NCBI GenBank assembly: GCA_023515725.1
Contig: JALDTO010000213.1
Coordinates: 62,001 to 126,000 of the forward strand
Direction: 5' to 3'
DNA length: 64,000 nt
From: Amoeboaphelidium protococcarum X5
Taxonomy: Eukaryota > Fungi > Aphelidiomycota
Below are positions 56,755-64,000 of this stretch, piece after piece. The notes below the pieces were generated by a model. That model saw only the letters and a program-made list of their open reading frames with translations, made no database searches and was not told where the DNA came from. The translations under genes and the position numbers were made by a program. Each line of letters opens with the position of its first letter. Within the stretch, counting starts at the first letter, position 1.

Positions 56755-57597
56755 ATGTTTCGCAACCAGTACGATAATGATGTCACCACGTTCTCGCCGT
56801 AGGGAAGACTGCACTAGTTGGAGTATGCTATGGAGGCTGTCAAACAGGGATCTGCCACAGTCGCTGTGAAGAGTAAGGATTACGCTGTGGTTGTGTGCCT
56901 GAGAAGAAAGTCTGGAGAACTTGGTAGCTGGCAGGAGAAGATTATCAGAATTGATGACCATGTCGGTCTGTCTTACTCTGGCTTGTCTAGTGACGCTCGC
57001 CTGCTCAGTAACTCTATGAGAACTTCAGCTCTGCAGTCCAAGATGCTTTTCCAGTCTCCAATAAGCACTTTCAAGTTGGTGAGTAGAATCGCGGATAAGG
57101 CGTAGAGCAATACTCAGGGCTATGGATCTCGTCCATTTGGAGTTGGTTTCCTCGTCGTCTCGTACGATGATGGTGTGCCTCATATCTATGAATTTATGCC
57201 ATCTGGTAATGTTTTCGATTACTATGCAAATGCTATTGGTGGCCGCTCTCAGTCATGCAGAACGTACTTGGAGAAGCATTTTGACAAGTTGGAGTAGTGC
57301 AATCTGGACCAGTTGATTAATCACGCTTTACTAGCCTTGAGAGAAGCTATTCCTGCAGCATCATCTCAGGCATCCGGTGATGACAAGGATGCCGCTTCCA
57401 AGAAGGATGAGAGTGAAATGAAGCCGGAGGATGTTGGAATTGCTATTGTGGGTAAAGATAGAAAGTTTGCAAAGCTGAGCGATAGTGAAGTGGAAAGATA
57501 TGTTGTGGGTTTGCCTGAAAATACCTCTCGCGCCACTGCTGCGACCACTGCCATGGATGTTGATCAGGGTGGTGCGGCTCCAATGGAAGTGGAATGA
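56755..57597 (+). CDS. PRE5: 20S proteasome subunit alpha-6 (PSMA1/Pre5), 280 aa
   Basis: [34 protein letters not shown] (both Q=TAG, at 56800 and 56815); NTQGYGSRPFGVGFL; AIGGRSQSCRTYLE. Confidence 0.97.
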
Positions 57598-57725
57598 GTA
57601 TTATCATCAGAGTTGTAATTATTGATAGTTATGAGATAAAACTATTTGCTCTATGAAAATGTAACGATTTTATTATTCTAATCATCACTCAAACTTCTAC
57701 TATCACCCTAATGATTTCTTTAAAA

Positions 57726-58637
57726 TCAGTACGGCTGAGGAGCATAAGGACCTCCATTTTGTGCGCTTTAGTAGAATGGATATTAACTAAAGTCAGAACC
57801 ATGCTGACCTCCATAACCCATATTTTGCTCGGGTCCCCTTAATGCAGACATTTAATGAGCGGCATTCACATTTGGTTGTCCATTCATACCGATCGGATCA
57901 TCCATGTTATCAAAATATTGAGGCTGACCACCATGCATACTATTCATCCCGTGATTACCTCCATAAGGGCTTCCCTGGTGTTAGTTCATGTATCCGTAAC
58001 CATGGCTCATAGGACTATCAGGAAATGGAGTCATCGAACGTGCAGCGAAAGGGGAAGGATTCTAGCCATTTGGTCCCATCTGCCCAGGCATACCATAACG
58101 CTGTGCCACACCACCGGCAATCATGGAAAGGGCCCCAGCAGCTAAGCCTCCAGCGGCTCCTCTAAACTACTCGCTTTGCAAGCCTTAAGAGAGACTATCT
58201 CTGAAGCCACCCGGTGTTCGCGGGCCAAAGAGACCACGAGGCTGAGCGGCTGCCATTGGATCCGACCCTGCCATCGCAGCGTCAGGCTAAGGCTAAGCAC
58301 CGCCACCTCTACGAAATCTGTTAAAAAAGCCGGGACTTTGAGCAGCTGTGCCAGTAGGCGATTGACTTTACGGGTCCGGAGCTTGTGCAGTAGCTGGTGA
58401 ACCTACAGGATTGCGCTTAAATTTACTCATGAATCCAGTCTTGGGAGGTGGCGCGACAGAGGCGGCAGAAGGTTATCCGGCACTGGGCAAAGACGATTGA
58501 GAGGCGGCGCTTCTAGTAGGGCCACTGGCAGTAGCAGCATTACGCTTAAACCCCAACCGGAATTTAGGCGCAGCCTGCACCTGAACAACCATCAACGCGA
58601 CGACGATTAACATCAATAACGCTACAATCTTGTTCAT
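57726..58637 (-). CDS. Secreted Gly/Pro/Gln/Met-rich low-complexity protein, 303 aa
   Basis: Signal peptide MNKIVALLMLIVVALMVVQVQA; repeats RLGFKRN, GFMSKFKRN and GFFNRFRRGG; open to TGA 57726-57728. Confidence 0.8.
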
Positions 58638-59114
58638 TCTGAGTATTGATTACTAGAGATTTATTTTCTATAATATTGTGTAATAAATTACTTATGGAAA
58701 TAAAAGAATGAGTGAGAAATCACATTATATAGATGAAAATAGGCTCGGATGCTGCATCAATGCACATGTTTTGTCTGGTTGATCAATCAGATCATCTGAA
58801 ACCACTGACGCTCGCCATGCTTGTGTTACACATTTACCACGATTTTAGAGTTTAATGCAACAAAACATGTGTATGAACTTTAGTACGAAGTACAATGTTC
58901 TAAACTAGGCTCATGACACCTGTTTAATGCCACCATTATGGATGGAGACTCAATTGGTAAATTGTGATGACCTTCACGCGATTATTAACAGAGCACTATA
59001 GACATGTTTAATTTGCTATGAAGTCAAGTATAATGAAATCAAGATAACAGCATGAGGCACAACTATAAATGCTGAAAGAGTAAAGATCGTAAAACGTATT
59101 GTTATTTAACTTCA

Positions 59115-59714
59115 TCAGAGCATTTCTTAATCGTCATTGATGTAATCAAAAGCTTCATCAAAACCATTACCATTTTCTTGGTCGCTATCACCGTATTCTC
59201 CACCGGCACGCATACTACCACGTCTTCTCCCTTCATAACCCCCCATTTCTACGTCACCAAAACCTTGCTTACCACCAAAATCGCCCATACCTCTAGCACC
59301 ACCATTTCCATAACCGCCATTGTCGCTACCAAAAAATCCTTTGATCTTATCAAACATACCAGGCTTTTTCATACCATACTGACCCATGGAGCGACCCTGA
59401 CTTTAATCATTACCACCCAAACCACCAAACATAGACTTGAGACCATGCTTAATCTTTGAACCGAAGCCACCGGACTGCTACTACTACTAATACCCACCAT
59501 AAGAAGGCATTCCGGCTTCATAATCACCGAAAGCGTTACCAAAGTCTTCTTAACCATAGCCTTATCCACCACGTTACTAGTTACGACCACTACCACCAAA
59601 CATATCACTAAGACCACGGCGCTGCAGCTGGACAACAGAGTCGGAAGGCAGCGCGTGGATTTCGTTGGAGGCCAGCAGAGACAGAGCCAAAAGAGTGAGC
59701 AGTTTGAAGTTCAT
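59115..59714 (-). CDS. Secreted Gly-rich protein with a Kex2-type propeptide, 199 aa
   Basis: MNFKLLTLLALSLLASNEIHA|LPSDSVVQLQRR|GLSDMFGG; GFGSKIKHGLKSMFGG; GMFDKIKGFFG; acidic tail; TGA at 59115-59117. Confidence 0.8.
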
Positions 59715-60192
59715 TTTGTCTAGGTTTTAAGTATTATTTCTAAAGTAGGTCAATCTAGAAGCTTATAGTAGAAAGCAATTATTTAATGGATTATATAAAA
59801 GAAAGAAGAAGAGTAAAAGATTCTCAACCTACAACGCTGATGTGCTTTGGTTGTAAACGCATGCAACCTATGTAACGTTGGCGTTACGTGTCACCTCATG
59901 CCAAAGGTCCTCTTGACCAATCGGCAGTCGCCATGTAGCAGCATGTTATACCATATTAATTGAGCACACAGCATCCACAAATTTAGTGTTAACAATTATT
60001 TAAACTTAAAGCAGTGATTTTAGACACAACAGTCTATCAATCTCATATTGACTCTTAGGCAGTTCAACTGATCAATCGCTTCGATCTCGGCGATGTTCAA
60101 GCAAAGCGACTCGTTCAATTTCATTCCAGCTCAGTTCTTTTACTAGCCACTCAATAGAAATAGAAATTCCTACTTATTACACGACAGACATC

Positions 60193-61413
60193 ATGAAAGT
60201 GAAGCAGCAGGTGGACATTCACCCGGCGATGATGAAATTGGGCCTCCAGTTTAAGCATTACAAGATAATGGGATCCAACTAACGTGCACTGGCTCTCATT
60301 CAAGCACTGAGAGAAGTCATCGCGGATTACACCACCCCTCCGAACGATCTACTTAGCCGCAACCTAGACGCGTACCTGAAGCATCAAATCAACTATGTCA
60401 TTGCATGCCGACCTAATTCTATTAGCACCGGCGCTGTGATCAGATATATAAAGCTGGAAATATCCTCCATCGCCCCGGATATGCCAGAGAATGATGCCAA
60501 GCTGTATTTGGACGAATAATTGATCTAGTATGCCAACGATAGAATATTTGTTGCTGATCAAGCCATTATAGATTTTGCGATGCGAAAGATTAAAGATGGG
60601 GATGTCATTGTGACGTATGCCTTCTCCACCGTTGTGTATAAGACTTTAGTTAAGGCGAGACGTGATGGTGTCAGATTTAGTGTTGTATGTGTGGATAGCC
60701 GTCCGCTTTTTGAAGGCCGCAAGATGATGGAACATTTGATGTAGCAAGGTATCGATTGCTCTTACACCTAGCTATCCGGTTTTCATTTGCTGATGAGCGG
60801 CAGCGCTACGAAGGTGATCATTGGCGCTCATGGAATGCTCTCCAATGGCGCGCTTATGTCTAGATCTGGAACGTCCTTAGTGTGCACAATAGCATAATAG
60901 GCTGCCATTCCTGTTGTTGTACTGTGTGAAGGCTACAAGTTCTCTGATCGCGTACAGATGGAAGGCTATTTGTAGAATGAAATGGGTGACCCATCTTTGA
61001 TTACTGACATTCAAAAGAATTATAATGCCTCTGTTCAAGTGAGCGCACATGGAACAATAATCAAGGATCCAACTGCTACGGGTAATGATTCTAAGGGAGG
61101 CAACAGTTCTTAGGCCTAAAATACCAAGACTCAGTCTACTCCGCAGTCATAGCCTGGTTCGGGAAGAGCGAGACGCGAGTCTAATGTGCATCTGAGCAAG
61201 TCCAGCGTGCTAATGTAGTCCTAGCATGCATCCAATAATGTGGAGCTGCATCAATTAAAGAACTTGAAAGTGCTGTTCCCATTGCATGACATTACGCCCG
61301 CCAGTCACATTTCGATCGTAATCACCGAAACTGGAAGTATTCCCAGCTCTGCAGTTCCTGTAGTGATTAGAGAATAGCAGCGTATGAATCCATATCAAAA
61401 TCTAACAAAATGA
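60193..61413 (+). CDS. GCD2: Translation initiation factor eIF2B delta subunit, 406 aa
   Basis: DIHPAMMKLGL..IMGSN; DYTTP; CRP; IKDGDVIVTYAFS; VDSRPLFEG; GAHGMLSNG..SRSGT; VLCEGYKFSDRVQ; NEMGDP; DITP..ITETG.IPSSAVPVVIRE. Confidence 0.93.
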
Positions 61414-61506
61414 TTATATAATATGAAATGCGATTTTATCTCTAACAGTTCTAATGACAGAATGACAGGCGCGGTTAAATTGTTCCATTGAAATCGGTCG
61501 ATCTCG

Positions 61507-61530
61507 CTCTCTCTCTCTCTCTCTCTCTCT
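61507..61530. repeat. (CT)12 microsatellite upstream of the RCF2-like gene
   Basis: Read directly from the sequence. Confidence 0.95.
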
Positions 61531-61740
61531 GTGCCTCGCTCGGTGAAACAAGATCGGCCAAGTGACTGACGCGCAACGTCATTTTTCTGATTTCGATTTT
61601 CATTTGCTTAGTGATTACAGATATATTTTCACACATTGTGGAAAGTGGTTTTTATCTTTATATATATTGCGATATTTCACTAGTTAATTATTGAAAGCTA
61701 AAGCAGAAAAGTTTGGATTTACTGTATTAACAAATTAAGG

Positions 61741-62439
61741 ATGGATGCGAAAGAGTATATGAAAACTGTCGATCAGTCTGACATGTACAAGTATGTGCTG
61801 AAGAGAGCTGTTTATGGGACGGCTGTTGGTGGAGCTGTGGGTGCGTCTCTGGTGTATGGCGGCTTGAAGTTTAGCGAAGGATTCAGACGCGGTACTAATG
61901 TCCCTATTAGATTCTTTCTGATGGTCGCTGGTGCTGCTGCCGGGTTTACCATTGCCAGTGATAAGGCACTCATTCACTACATGAGATACATGGATCGTCC
62001 AGAGGTGAGTGGTCATTACAAAATCTCCGCCTACTCTCCAAAGTCTGCTAATGCTGTCACGCACGCCTCTGATGCTAGCAGTAACGGTGACATTAATAGC
62101 AATACTACTAACCATATTCATAGCGATTTAGTAAAAGAGGCAAGATCATCATACGTGACAGAGTTGAAGTAGGTGGCGTGGAATTAGCGTTACAAATTGA
62201 TATTCGCCGGCTGGGCTGGTACTATGGGTGCAGTTGCGTACAGAGATTTCTAGAATAAGGCTCTTTCTACAGTGCACAAGTTTGGACATGCTCGTATTGC
62301 TGCTCAGTTCGTGACGATTGCCGCGGTTATTGCAGCTTTTGCGTTTAATGAAGAGACTGGCCCGTTTGCTCAGAAATACCAGCCTGGCTATGACCGCGAC
62401 GCACCTCATGGTGAAGTTAAGTCTGCTCCTCCTCAATGA
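61741..62439 (+). CDS. RCF2: HIG1-domain mitochondrial protein, Rcf2-like, 232 aa
   Basis: N-terminal TM pair (GTAVGGAVG...FTIASDKA); HIG1 region RYKLIFAGWAGTMG...KFGHARIAAQFVTIAAV. Confidence 0.8.
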
Positions 62440-62542
62440 TCTTGTGGTACTTGGAGATGAGCGAATTTGCACTTGGATGAATGTTTTGAAATAGAAGATT
62501 AACAATTACTTTTTTTATAAATATGGGCCTTGTATATAGATT

Positions 62543-64000
62543 TCATTTATCCTTTTTGGTCTCCACTACAACAGATTTATCATCTTCCTATGCCTAATCT
62601 GTCGAGCCATTAGCAACTAATAACTGCTCTTTATCTTTATTATCAGACTTTTCATCATCCGCACCTACTTGACCAAATTCATTAGGACGCTTCTAGTCCA
62701 CAGGATAGATCCATCTCTGGTACAAATACACCAGAAATATCAAATCATCTCTAAAGCACGCCAGTCGATGCAGTGTAGGCATCTTGATCACGAATGCGAA
62801 CAGATCATCCACAAATGTATTCAAAGCCTTATACATGAACGTTTTCCACGGCATATGTGCAACAGATTTCAATTTATAATTAATGAACAGTTGAGGAGTC
62901 ATTCCAATAAAGCCGAAGGTGTATACAAATCCCACAGCTGTACCTACAACAAAACTGTACCAACTCTTGTGCTTTTCATACATCACGCTGTACACGGTGT
63001 ATCCTAACAATAGAGGTATACAAGCCAGCGAGAGCCATTTGAAAGCAACTCTGTCATACTCTTCAGTGTCTGTTTACAGCTTACTTCTCAACTTTTCATT
63101 TTCGTCCTAATTGTCTTCACCACCACCACCATTCTATCCAGCAGTGCTCTAAGACTTGAAAGTTATCGTAAAAGGAAGCAAGCCATAGAATGATCTGTGG
63201 TTGCGATCAATGACAAATTTCACTGCTCTGCCCACTTTCCACATTTCAATCAGCAGCGATACTCCGGATGAAGCAATAATGAGATAACTAGTTTCATTAT
63301 CCAACAGGTAGAGGAAAACAATGGTCTACATGAGGACATTTAACATGATGGTGCGCACAGACAACCCTTCGACATTTTTACGCTCTCTCCAGAATTGTAC
63401 ATCATTCTTAAAGGCCAGAAAATCGAATACAGAATGTAATATACTAACTACGAAAGTGATCACTAGCAAGTAAATGTTGGTCTCATACAGCATACGCTTA
63501 ATGTTATCCGATTCTTGATCTGATGTACCCCATGATTTTTACAACTTGAAGGATTGATCCATCTGGACCATCATCTAAAACTTCCACATGGACAGATGCG
63601 CTAGATCTATGGATAGAGTGAGACTGTCCCCAGATGAGTTAATGGGCCGATCATACAGATCCTCCTGCAGAATCCAGAAATCATTCACATATAATGTCGG
63701 CAGATACTAAGATCTTTTCTAATCAACAAACTGAGTATGATGAACTATATGAGGCATCTGAGCCAGCTAAGCTAGTGGAATCGGACTAACATCATTAATA
63801 AGATTCAGCGTCAAGTTCCTTAACCAATAAGATACGTAGACTCCATCTTCAATATCTCCTGCATCGCCCCGTGCCGTATTAGTATTATCCTCATTAAACA
63901 GATCAGAAGAGTCGGAGCTGGCAAGTAAATTCTTCACTTATTTAATCTTCTTCTTGCGCATAAACCGCGTCAGTAATACTCGCTTGTACACAGACTTTTA
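62543..64000 (-). CDS. CLPTM1/CLPTM1L family membrane protein; the 5' part lies beyond the window
   Basis: LHSVFDFLAFKNDVQFW; EGLSVRT; IEMWK; FGFIGMTPQLFINYKLKSVAHMPWKTFMYKALNTFVDDLFAFVIKMP; YQRWIYPVD..RPNEFG. Confidence 0.95.

Noticed and set aside
60093-60494. Out-of-frame upstream ORF overlapping eIF2B-delta as a regulatory uORF
   Set aside because: The ATG may lie outside the transcript, and long alternative frames are common when TGA is the only stop.

Overview
Gene-dense, intron-poor eukaryotic nuclear DNA that uses a non-standard genetic code: TAA and TAG encode Gln and TGA is the stop (translation table 6 type). The supplied ORF track is therefore fragmented, so I re-translated the genes by hand. 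The window holds about 36 protein-coding genes, two likely pseudogenes, a tRNA-Glu(CTC) gene and a very decayed KDZ-type transposase relic next to it. Housekeeping genes include COQ8, CCDC124, aspartyl aminopeptidase, a BAR-SH3 protein, PIG-S, BFR1, an ABCC transporter, SPF30, glutaredoxin, PRS, MED14-like, RIB4, DBP10, SEC20, a CBS-PB1 protein, ethanolamine kinase, a peroxisomal carrier, RAD21, PRE5, eIF2B-delta, RCF2 and CLPTM1. A fungal-type gene set combined with TAR=Gln points to the algal parasitoid aphelid Amoeboaphelidium protococcarum (inference). Accessory candidates are a Crinkler-type SAM-like/NTPase/REase effector, a frameshifted coiled-coil/REase-like gene, a tandem pair of secreted ankyrin-like paralogs, two secreted Gly-rich proteins with repeated amphipathic motifs, and a GPI-anchored Bim1/X325-like protein. 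The most unusual signals concern termination and splicing: two in-frame TGA codons sit in front of an intact Cys/His tail, one gene appears to end at TAA, several genes end in TAR-TGA, and all seven inferred introns share a WTGTAG acceptor. All protein identifications come from motif recognition by eye; no database searches were run.
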